Source: Propionibacterium ruminifibrarum (GTDB taxonomy: Bacteria > Actinomycetota > Actinomycetes > Propionibacteriales > Propionibacteriaceae). Taken from it: DNA of 23,870 nt. The notes beneath the pieces were generated by a model. It saw nothing but the letters and a program-made list of their open reading frames with translations. It made no database searches and was not told the DNA's origin. The stretch covers positions 1 to 23,870 of the forward strand of contig NZ_OMOH01000013.1 of the NCBI RefSeq assembly GCF_900289195.1, written 5' to 3'. A program made the translations under genes and the position numbers. Position 1 is the stretch's first letter. Every line of letters starts with the position of its first letter. This document shows, one piece after another, positions 16,618 through 23,870 of this stretch.

Positions 16618-16694
16618 GGCTGCGGCACGCGGTGCCCCCCTGTGGGGCCGCCACACACAGCCGGCGCAAGGCTGAGCCTGTGCCTACCGCCAGC

Positions 16695-16734
16695 GGTGAG
16701 TGAACAATGGGCCTGGTCAACGGCATCACTCACC
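16695..16734 (+). promoter_or_regulatory. Perfect 9-bp inverted repeat GGTGAGTGA-N22-TCACTCACC just upstream of the P-type ATPase start.
   Basis: The arms are at 16695-16703 and 16726-16734. The AGGAGA RBS is at 16741-16746 and the ATG at 16755. It could be an operator or a 5'-UTR hairpin; function is inferred. Confidence 0.35.
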
Positions 16735-16754
16735 ACGCACAGGAGACACCCGCG

Positions 16755-19580
16755 ATGACCACGACCGCTCCAGCCGGTCCCTCAACACCCGACAGTGACG
16801 CCGCCTGGCACCCCTCGGTGCTGAGCCCCGACGAGGTGCTCGCCCGCATGGGTGCCGACGCCGAGCAGGGTCTCAGCCCGGCCGAGGCGGCGTCCCGGCT
16901 GGAGCGCCACGGCCCCAACGAGTTGGCCGGCGCCCCGCCGGTGCCGGCATGGCGCCGTTTCCTCGCCCAGTTCGCCGACCCGCTCGTCTACCTGCTGCTC
17001 GCCGCCGTCGGCATCTCGGTCGCCGCCTGGGTGCTCGAGGGCGCCGCCGGCGTGCCCATCGAGGCCGTCGTCATCGTCGCGATCCTGCTCGCCAACGCCA
17101 TCATCGGTTTCGTCCAGGAGAACCGGGCCGACGACGCAGTCGCGGCCCTGTCGACCATGACTGCCGCCACCTCGACGGTGCTGCGCGGCGGGCGGCTGGA
17201 CACGATCCCCTCCGCCGAGGTCGTGCCCGGCGACATCCTCGTCCTGGCCGAGGGCGACGCGGTCGCCGCCGACGCCCGTCTCATCCAGGCCAGCGCGCTG
17301 CGCATCCAGGAGTCCTCGCTGACCGGCGAGTCCGAGGCGGTCGACAAGACGCCAGAGGCGCTCGACGCCCCGGCCGGCATCGGCGACCGCCACGACATGG
17401 TGCACAAGGGCACCGACGTGGTCTCCGGCGTCGGGCGGGCCGTCGTCACCGCCACCGGCATGGCCACCGAGGTGGGCCGCATCGCCACCCTGCTCGACGA
17501 GACGCCCGAGGAGGACACGCCCCTGCAGCGCGAGATCGCGTCGATCTCCAAGGCGCTCGGCCTCGTCGTCATCGCCATCGCGGTCATCGTCATGGGCGTC
17601 ATGGTGCTGGTCAACGGCGTGCGCTCGTTCCACGAGCTCGTCGACGTGCTGCTCACGGGCGTCTCGCTCGCCGTCGCCGCGGTCCCCGAGGGCCTGCCGG
17701 CGATCCTCACCGTCGTGCTCGCGACCGGCGTCCGGGCGCTCGCCCGCCGCAACGCGGTCATGAAGACACTCCACTCGGTGGAGACCCTCGGTTCCTCGTC
17801 GGTGATCTGCTCGGACAAGACCGGCACCCTCACCCGCAACGAGATGACCCTGCGCACCGTCGTCTCGGCTGCGGGACGGGCCGAGCTGACCGGCACCGGC
17901 TACGCACCCGACGGCGAACTGGTCGTCACCGGCGACCGGGACGCGGTGCGGGCGGTGCTCGTGGGCGGTGCCCTGGCCAATGACGCGCAGCTGCACCATG
18001 ACGACGGCGAGTGGACGATCCAGGGCGACCCCACCGAGGCGGCCTTCCTCGTCGCCTGCGCCAAGTCCGGTCTCGACGCCGAGCTGGCCGGCTGGCGGCG
18101 CCGCAGCGAGGTGCCGTTCAGCTCCGAGCGCAAGATGATGTCGGTGCTCGTCGAACGAGACGGGCAGCGGCGGGTCTGGTCCAAGGGCGCCCCCGACGTG
18201 CTGCTCGGGCGCTGCACCGACGAGCGCGTCGGCGGGGTGGTCCAGCCGCTCACCGAGACCCGCAGGGCCGAACTGCTCGGCCTCATCGAGGATCTGTCCG
18301 CCAACGGCTACCGCACCCTCGGCGTCGCTGCCCGTCCCGGTGACGGCATCGGCGAGCTGACCGAGGGCGACGAGCAGCGGCTCGCCTGGACCGGCGTCGT
18401 CGGCATCATCGACCCGCCGCGCAAGGAGGCCGCCCAGGCGATCGGGCAGGCCCACCGGGCGGGCATCCGCACCATCATGATCACCGGCGACCACCCGGTG
18501 ACCGCCTCGCGCATCGCCGCCGACCTGGGCATCAGCGGCGACCGCGAGCCGCGGGCCCTCACCGGCGCCCAGCTCGACGGGCTCGGGCCCGGCCGGCTGC
18601 CCGGCGCCGTGCGGGACGTGGACGTCTACGCCCGGGTCGCGCCCGAGCACAAGCTGCGCATCGTCGAGGCCCTGCAGTCCGACGGCAGCACGGTGGCGAT
18701 GACCGGGGACGGCGTCAACGACGCCCCCGCCCTCAAACGCGCCGACATCGGCGTCGCGATGGGCATCACCGGCACCGAGGTGACCAAGCAGGCCGGGCGG
18801 ATGATCCTGGCCGACGACAACTACGCGACGATCGTCGCCGCGGTCCGGCAGGGCCGCGTGATCGTCGACAACATCAAGAAGTTCCTGCGCTATCTGCTCA
18901 GCTCGAACATGGGCGAGGTGTGCACGGTGCTGTTCGGCGTGCTGCTCGCCGGGGCGCTCGGCCTGTCCGACCCGGCGAACCCCGGCGCCACCTTCGTGCC
19001 GCTGCTCGTCACCCAGATCCTGTGGATCAACCTCGTGACCGACTCGACGCCGGCCCTGGCCATGGGCGTCGACCCCGAGATCGACGACGTGATGGCCAGG
19101 CCCCCGCGCCGGCAGACCGACCGCATCCTCGACCGGGCCATGTGGATCAGGATCATCGCCGTCGGCGCCGTCATGGGCCTGGTGACCCTCGCCGTGTACG
19201 ACTTCGCGCTGCCCGGCGGCCTGTTCACCGGCATGCTGTCCGGCGTGCCCACCGGCGAGCAGTTCGCCGTGGCCCGCACGATGGCGTTCAGCACCCTCGT
19301 GTTCGCCCAGCTGTTCAACGCCCTCAACTCGCGTTCGGCCGACGGCTCGGCCTTCCACCGGCTGTTCAGCAACCGCTGGCTGTGGGCCTCGCTCGGCCTG
19401 GGGGTCGTCCTGCAGGTCGCCGTCGTCGAGATCGGCTTCCTGCAGTCGGCCTTCGGCACCACCTCGCTCGACCTGGCCCACTGGGGCGTCGTCGTGGCCG
19501 CGTCGAGCCTCATCCTCGTCTACGAGGAGATCGTCAAGGCCGTCCACCGGGCCGTGACCCGGGCTCGGCGGAAGCGGTGA
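16755..19580 (+). CDS. Cation-transporting P-type ATPase, P2 (SERCA/CtpF-like, probable Ca2+) subfamily, 941 aa.
   Basis: Motifs present are TGESEAV, CSDKTGTLTRN, PEGLPA in M4, MITGDHPVTA and TGDGVNDAPALKRADIGVAMG. The start was chosen at ATG 16755, 8 nt after AGGAGA; the track ORF begins at 16707. Confidence 0.93.
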   Translation: MTTTAPAGPSTPDSDAAWHPSVLSPDEVLARMGADAEQGLSPAEAASRLERHGPNELAGAPPVPAWRRFLAQFADPLVYLLLAAVGISVAAWVLEGAAGVPIEAVVIVAILLANAIIGFVQENRADDAVAALSTMTAATSTVLRGGRLDTIPSAEVVPGDILVLAEGDAVAADARLIQASALRIQESSLTGESEAVDKTPEALDAPAGIGDRHDMVHKGTDVVSGVGRAVVTATGMATEVGRIATLLDETPEEDTPLQREIASISKALGLVVIAIAVIVMGVMVLVNGVRSFHELVDVLLTGVSLAVAAVPEGLPAILTVVLATGVRALARRNAVMKTLHSVETLGSSSVICSDKTGTLTRNEMTLRTVVSAAGRAELTGTGYAPDGELVVTGDRDAVRAVLVGGALANDAQLHHDDGEWTIQGDPTEAAFLVACAKSGLDAELAGWRRRSEVPFSSERKMMSVLVERDGQRRVWSKGAPDVLLGRCTDERVGGVVQPLTETRRAELLGLIEDLSANGYRTLGVAARPGDGIGELTEGDEQRLAWTGVVGIIDPPRKEAAQAIGQAHRAGIRTIMITGDHPVTASRIAADLGISGDREPRALTGAQLDGLGPGRLPGAVRDVDVYARVAPEHKLRIVEALQSDGSTVAMTGDGVNDAPALKRADIGVAMGITGTEVTKQAGRMILADDNYATIVAAVRQGRVIVDNIKKFLRYLLSSNMGEVCTVLFGVLLAGALGLSDPANPGATFVPLLVTQILWINLVTDSTPALAMGVDPEIDDVMARPPRRQTDRILDRAMWIRIIAVGAVMGLVTLAVYDFALPGGLFTGMLSGVPTGEQFAVARTMAFSTLVFAQLFNALNSRSADGSAFHRLFSNRWLWASLGLGVVLQVAVVEIGFLQSAFGTTSLDLAHWGVVVAASSLILVYEEIVKAVHRAVTRARRKR

Positions 19581-19729
19581 ACGAACCACCGGCACCACTG
19601 CCCTGACTGTCGCCCACGGGGCGAGAGATCGGCAGCGGGAGTTCCCCCGGACCACTGGCCAGCGCCACCCGGCCGGCAACGACCGCAGTGGACCCCGGGA
19701 ATTCCCCCGACTGGTGATGCCTGAACCGG

Positions 19730-19758
19730 CTGACGGCGCGTCTCGCGTGGCGTAGATT
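19730..19758 (+). promoter_or_regulatory. Candidate promoter for the cas gene remnant: CTGACG-17 nt-TAGATT.
   Basis: The -35-like CTGACG is at 19730-19735 and the -10-like TAGATT at 19753-19758, with a 17-nt spacer. It lies in the non-coding junction upstream of the csb2 ORF. This is pattern match only. Confidence 0.25.
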
Positions 19759-19911
19759 GCCGCCCAAGGGCGACAGGGCACGGCTTTCTCAAGGACAGGA
19801 TCTTTCGGATCATGACAGTGCGCAGCAGCGGGTCGGGACGAGGAGCCGGCGCGATTCGTCACGTGGGTTGGTTTGCCGGGTCGAGGCCGTCGCCGAGAAA
19901 GGGGCCGGGCC

Positions 19912-20700
19912 ATGCCTGATCGCTCTCGCGGCGTGGCGTCCCGGCGGGTGGCCGCCATCCGCTGGGAGCTGCGCACCCGCCGTCCCTATCCGGCCTGGGC
20001 GGGTATTCTCGCCACCGATCGGCTGCGCCATCTCGTGGTCTCCGGGCTCGACGAGTCCACCGACCCGGAGGACTTCCTGCTCACCGGGCACGGCGCCGGG
20101 CCGCTGACGGAGCATCGTTTCGGTTACCACGCGCACGCCCACTGGCTGTGGATCGAGGACGACGAGCAGCACGTCGTGGGGCTGGCGCTGTGGTGCAGGC
20201 CCGGGCTCGCCGCACCGCAGCGGGACCGGGTGCTCAGCGTCAGGCGCCTGAGCCGTCCGGATTTCAATGATGCGGGTTTTCAGCCCGGCGATCTGAGCAT
20301 CAGCGGTGTCGGTTCGGCCGCCGACGCCCTGCCGGAGCTCGGGAGCGGGCTTGTGAGCACGGCATGGGCGTCGGCTGTCCCCTATCTGCTGACGCTGCAC
20401 ACGAAACGGTCCCGCCAGTGGGAGGATGTTGTCGCCCAGGACGTGCAGCGGTACCTGGATCATTACTACGGGGTGGGTGCTGTGAGGCTCATCACTCTTC
20501 AGTTCGGCAGGGCGGCGTCGAATTACCGGACGAGTCGGTGGGATCCGGCGGATTCCCCCTCTGAGGCCGTCTGGATCGAGCGCATGGAGGTGGACGTCCC
20601 CCTGACCGGGCCGGTCTGCCTCGGCCGCCACAGCCACTTCGGTTTCGGCCGCTTCGTGCCGCTGGCCGACGGGCTGGTCACCGATCCGGGCCTGCCATGA
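19912..20700 (+). CDS. csb2: Type I-G (I-U) CRISPR-associated protein Csb2 (Cas5/Cas6-family RAMP), C-terminal portion only; it appears 5'-truncated (262 aa from ATG 19912, 275 aa from TTG 19873).
   Basis: Csb2-like mid-protein segment: LTGHGAGPLTEHRFGYHAHAHWLWIEDDEQHVVGLALWCRPGL. Terminal glycine-rich RAMP loop: GRHSHFGFGRFVP. The stop overlaps the cas4-cas1 ATG (ATGA), as in type I-G operons. From recollection, full-length Csb2 proteins are roughly twice this size and begin with a Cas5-like domain that is absent here. The in-frame stop at 19813-19815 limits any upstream extension. Confidence 0.6.
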   Translation: MPDRSRGVASRRVAAIRWELRTRRPYPAWAGILATDRLRHLVVSGLDESTDPEDFLLTGHGAGPLTEHRFGYHAHAHWLWIEDDEQHVVGLALWCRPGLAAPQRDRVLSVRRLSRPDFNDAGFQPGDLSISGVGSAADALPELGSGLVSTAWASAVPYLLTLHTKRSRQWEDVVAQDVQRYLDHYYGVGAVRLITLQFGRAASNYRTSRWDPADSPSEAVWIERMEVDVPLTGPVCLGRHSHFGFGRFVPLADGLVTDPGLP

Positions 20701-22348
20701 GCGAATACGCGGCCCAGCCCGGTTTTCTCCCGGCGAGGATGCTGAACGAATTCGTCTACTGTCCGCGGCTGTTCTACTTCGAGTGGGTGGATCAGCGCCG
20801 GGAGTCGAACGACGACATGACCGAGGGCAGAATCGCCCATCGGCCGGTGGACTCCCGCGGAGGCCGCATGCCCGAAGAAGGCGGGGAATCGGGTCCGCGA
20901 ACCACGTACTCCGTGGCGCTCAGCGATGAGGAGTGGGGGCTGTCCGCGGTCATCGACCGGGTGGACCATCGTGAGGGTGTCAGGGTCCGGTCGATCACAA
21001 GAAGGGGCACCCACAGATCGATGGGGAACCGTGGGCTGCAGATCGCGCTCAGGTGCTCGCCTACGCGGCACTGCTCGACGCAGCCGGGTACACCGTCGAT
21101 CATGCCGAACTCTTCTACGCCGAAGATCATGTGACGGTTCCGGTTGCCTGGGATGACGATGCCGCGACCGAGCTGCGTGGGCTGGTCGCAGCGGCTCGGG
21201 ACCTTGCGGAGTCACCGGTTCCTCCGCCCCCGCTCATTGACAGTCCACGCTGCCCCCGCTGCTCGTTGGCTGGGCTGTGCCTTCCCGATGAGACGAATGC
21301 ACTGACCGAACGGCATGCGGCGACCAAGAAAAGAGTGCTTCCCCGCAACCCTGATGAGCGGCCCCTGTACGTGACCGAGCAGGGGGCGTATGTCTCATCC
21401 AAGGGTGGCCGTATCGTCGTCAGCAAGGACGGTGAGGAGCTGGCCGGCCTGCGTCTTCTCGACATCTCACAGCTGTGCGTGTTCGGTCATGTCCAGATCA
21501 GTACGCAGGCCATTACTCGCCTCCTGTCGGCTGGTGCCCCAGTGCTGTGGATGAGCTACGCGGGATGGCTCAATGGCTGGGCCCAGGGGAGCCCGAGCAA
21601 ACATGCTCAGCTCCTGAGGCGACAGGTATTGTCACCCAACGGCGCGGCGATCGCCAGCCAGATCATCTCGGGCAAAATACGTAACCAGCGGACGATGCTG
21701 CGCCGTAATGCGAAGCCTGCGATCGAACCAGCGGTGCTGGACAGCCTTCGTGAACTGGCCGAGTCGGCTGCTGAAGCCGACAGTTCTGCGTCATTGCTCG
21801 GCTACGAAGGAACTGCGGCCAGGCTCTATTTCGAGAACTTCACCCAGATGCTCAGTCCCCAAGCCGAATTTGGTCAGGAGTTCGATGCCAATGGGCGGAC
21901 GCGCAGGCCTCCAAAGGACCCGATCAATGCTCTGCTGGGGCTGTGCTACTCCCTTCTCGTCAAGGATCTCGTCGCTGTCTGCCTTGGGGTGGGGCTCGAC
22001 CCCTACATAGGTGTGCTCCACGCGTCACGATATGGGCGCCCGGCGCTGGCGCTCGATCTTGCGGAGGAGTTCCGGCCCCTGGTGGCCGACTCCGTGGTAC
22101 TGAACGTGATGAACAACGGCGAGATCGGCTCTGAGGACTTCACGCGCAGAGGCATCGGTTGTCAACTGACGAAACAGGGACGCAAGAAACTCATCGGCGC
22201 CTATGAGCGAAGGCTTGAGACAGAGGTCACGCATCCGGTCTTCGGCTACAGGATCAGTTACCGCAGGTGCCTTGAGGTTCAGGCCCGTCTGCTCGCCGCG
22301 GTGCTGATCGGAGAGATCCCAGGGTACAGGCCCTTCGTGACGAGGTGA
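20697..22348 (+). pseudogene. cas1: Cas4-Cas1 fusion (type I-G/I-U adaptation nuclease-integrase) interrupted by a frameshift near 20985-20990. Restoring one base gives about 550 aa.
   Basis: Frame A (20697-21134) starts with Cas4 motifs LNEFVYCPRLFYFEWV...GLSAVIDRVDHREGVRV and then degenerates. Frame B is open from 20975 and reads PVDHKKGHPQIDGEPWAADRAQVLAYAALLDAAGY...SPRCPRCSLAGLC, which is the Cas4 D..E.K/QxxxY motifs and the C-terminal Cys cluster. It continues as Cas1 (...GYEGTAARLYFENF...RRPPKDPINALLGLCYSLL...GLDPYIGVLH...ALALDLAEEFRP). Confidence 0.85.
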
Positions 22349-22638
22349 GGAACATGGCGAGACGCCGCTATCTGATCGCCTACGACATAGCGAATCCGAA
22401 AAGGCTGAGGGCCGTTGTCAAGTTGATGGAGGACTTCGGTACCCGGCTGCAGTACTCAGTCTTCCTGTGTGATCTCAGGCGGGCAGAGCTCGCGGTCTGG
22501 CGTGCGGCCCTGGCGGACGTTGTCGAGTTGAAGGAGGACTCGGTGATCGTCATAGACTTGGGGGCAGTGGGTGTGACCCCGATCGAGGTCATCGGTCTGG
22601 CGAGGAACCTTCCCGGTCACGGCGCCGTCGTCGTGTGA
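22345..22638 (+). CDS. cas2: CRISPR-associated endoribonuclease Cas2, 94-97 aa.
   Basis: RRRYLIAYDIANPKRLRAVVKLMEDFGTRLQYSVFLCDL is the canonical Cas2 N-terminal beta-alpha-beta pattern. GTG 22345 overlaps the cas1 stop (GTGA). An alternative ATG lies at 22354. Confidence 0.87.
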   Translation: MRNMARRRYLIAYDIANPKRLRAVVKLMEDFGTRLQYSVFLCDLRRAELAVWRAALADVVELKEDSVIVIDLGAVGVTPIEVIGLARNLPGHGAVVV

Positions 22639-22810
22639 GGCCTGCGAGAGGTCCTGCCCCGCCGGTGCCCCGCGGGACCGCTCGCAGCCTTGCCAGAGGC
22701 CTGTTAGCGTTGACAAAACCATAGCGATGACCTACGATCTGGGAGTGCTGGTGGGACCGCTCGCAATCGGGTTCGTTTCCCCTTGTCAGATGTCACAAAA
22801 TCTGATAGCG
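22639..22810 (+). other. CRISPR leader (172 bp between cas2 and the first repeat).
   Basis: The call rests on position. GC drops toward the array. It holds a 13-bp direct repeat GGGACCGCTCGCA at 22674-22686 and 22753-22765. A repeat-like fragment GTTTCCCCTTGTCAGATG at 22775-22792 resembles the repeat 5' half ATTTCCCCATCTATTCAGATG. Confidence 0.7.
22710..22738 (+). promoter_or_regulatory. Candidate CRISPR leader promoter TTGACA-17 nt-TACGAT.
   Basis: There is an exact -35 consensus TTGACA (22710-22715), a 17-nt spacer, and a -10-like TACGAT (22733-22738). It lies 72 nt upstream of repeat 1 and is oriented toward the array. Confidence 0.5.
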
Positions 22811-23870
22811 ATTTCCCCATCTATTCAGATGGGGCTCCATTGAGACCTGACCTTGGGCTTGTACTTGCGCAGGAGCTCGCCCCTATTTCCCCATCTATTC
22901 AGATGGGGCTCCATTGAGACCCCCACGAGCCGAGCGTGGTGTTGTCTCCGGCGTCGAATTTCCCCATCTATTCAGATGGGGCTCCATTGAGACGTGCCGT
23001 TCACGAAGGGGATGAACCGCTTCTTGCCCATTTCCCCATCTATTCAGATGGGGCTCCATTGAGACCACACCTCGTGCCGAGTAGCGCTGGTCCTCTCGGT
23101 CGATTTCCCCATCTATTCAGATGGGGCTCCATTGAGACCCCTCGCGCCGACGATCTTCTCGCGCATTCGGTCCAGCCATTTCCCCATCTATTCAGATGGG
23201 GCTCCATTGAGACCGGTGCCGGTGACCTGGCTGATACCGATCATGGCCAGATTTCCCCATCTATTCAGATGGGGCTCCATTGAGACATTTGGCATGGTGG
23301 TGTGCCTCACTTTCGCTTCGTATTTCCCCATCTATTCAGATGGGGCTCCATTGAGACACCTGACCGCCGGCTGCAAGAACCCGTCCGGGCAGGCATTTCC
23401 CCATCTATTCAGATGGGGCTCCATTGAGACAGTACACCGCCAGCGAGGACTCGTGGGCCACCCTGCACATTTCCCCATCTATTCAGATGGGGCTCCATTG
23501 AGACCTATCCTGCACGGCAACCGAAACAGGAATACCCTGAATTTCCCCATCTATTCAGATGGGGCTCCATTGAGACCCGACGGTGTTCTTGGACGGCCGG
23601 TCGTTCGGAATCTCATTTCCCCATCTATTCAGATGGGGCTCCATTGAGACATGCCGCGGCCCCAGTAAACGCCATCACCAGACCCCTGAATTTCCCCATC
23701 TATTCAGATGGGGCTCCATTGAGACAAGCTCAACAATTGCATAAGGTTCGGGGCACTCATCATTTCCCCATCTATTCAGATGGGGCTCCATTGAGACAGT
23801 GGCATGTCCCCACGGTTGCGTCTGACGGGTGCGTATTTCCCCATCTATTCAGATGGGGCTCCATTGAGAC
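22811..23870 (+). CRISPR. CRISPR array with 15 identical 36-nt repeats (ATTTCCCCATCTATTCAGATGGGGCTCCATTGAGAC) and 14 unique spacers of 35-39 nt. The array is cut by the window end.
   Basis: Repeat starts: 22811, 22885, 22958, 23030, 23103, 23178, 23251, 23322, 23395, 23469, 23541, 23615, 23690, 23762, 23835. Each repeat has an internal 8-bp stem CCCCATCT/AGATGGGG with loop ATTC. The 3' end ATTGAGAC resembles the ATTGAAAC handle of the type I-C/I-G repeat families and sets the orientation as plus. Confidence 0.98.

Noticed and set aside
16707-16754. Upstream ATG at 16707 as the ATPase start.
   Set aside because: The ATG at 16755 has a well-spaced AGGAGA. The 16707 start would place the 9-bp inverted repeat inside the coding region and has no RBS. 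The choice remains uncertain.
19610-19624. Short GC hairpins after gene ends as intrinsic terminators: 19610-19624 after the ATPase, 7297-7334 after moaA, 10651-10670 after the AAA ATPase.
   Set aside because: The stems are real (6-9 bp), but none is followed by a U-tract. They cannot be distinguished from chance dyads in GC-rich DNA.
16782-19976. 1064-aa minus-strand ORF opposite the P-type ATPase.
   Set aside because: It is the same high-GC antisense artefact. It has no recognisable motifs, whereas the plus-strand frame carries all the P-type ATPase signatures.
20975-20990. Programmed -1 ribosomal frameshift joining the Cas4 and Cas1 frames.
   Set aside because: There is no X_XXY_YYZ slippery heptamer or obvious downstream stimulatory structure at the switch point. 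A single-C loss in a C run explains it more simply.
22936-23647. ORFs 22936-23283 and 23132-23647, encoding reiterated FPIYSDGAPLR peptides.
   Set aside because: These are translations of the CRISPR repeats. The periodic peptide is an artefact of the array.
22847-23834. Self-targeting spacers matching elsewhere in this window.
   Set aside because: Visual comparison found no match between any of the 14 spacers and the rest of the window. This is not exhaustive and says nothing about the rest of the genome.

Overview
This is a high-GC, actinobacterial-type chromosomal segment. My manual counts give 48/60 GC at 3001-3060 in narG.

Positions 1-14.9 kb form a molybdoenzyme supercluster:
- narK-narG-narH on the minus strand, with no narJ/narI in the 341 bp downstream; that space holds a structured GC-rich repeat cluster.
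- moaA (minus strand) and mobA.
- A lower-GC DUF4143-type AAA ATPase preceded by a 46-bp tandem repeat.
- mog/moaB, an HTH + Mop/TOBE molybdate-type regulator, modA, and a single-ORF modB-modC fusion.

Positions 15-19.6 kb carry a PhzF-family protein, a Maa/LacA-type hexapeptide acetyltransferase and a P2-type (SERCA-like) cation ATPase.

The right end (19.6-23.87 kb) is the most unusual part. It is a lower-GC, effector-less type I-G (formerly I-U)-like CRISPR-Cas locus made of:
- a csb2 ORF that lacks its N-terminal (Cas5-like) part;
- a cas4-cas1 fusion broken by an apparent 1-nt deletion;
- cas2;
- a 172-bp leader with a near-consensus promoter;
- at least 15 identical 36-nt repeats that run off the window.

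No cas3, cas8u or cas7u lies where the canonical operon would put them; a housekeeping ATPase abuts the locus instead.

Many long ORFs in the track are antisense or out-of-frame high-GC artefacts and were rejected. All calls rest on motif recognition by eye; no database search was possible.
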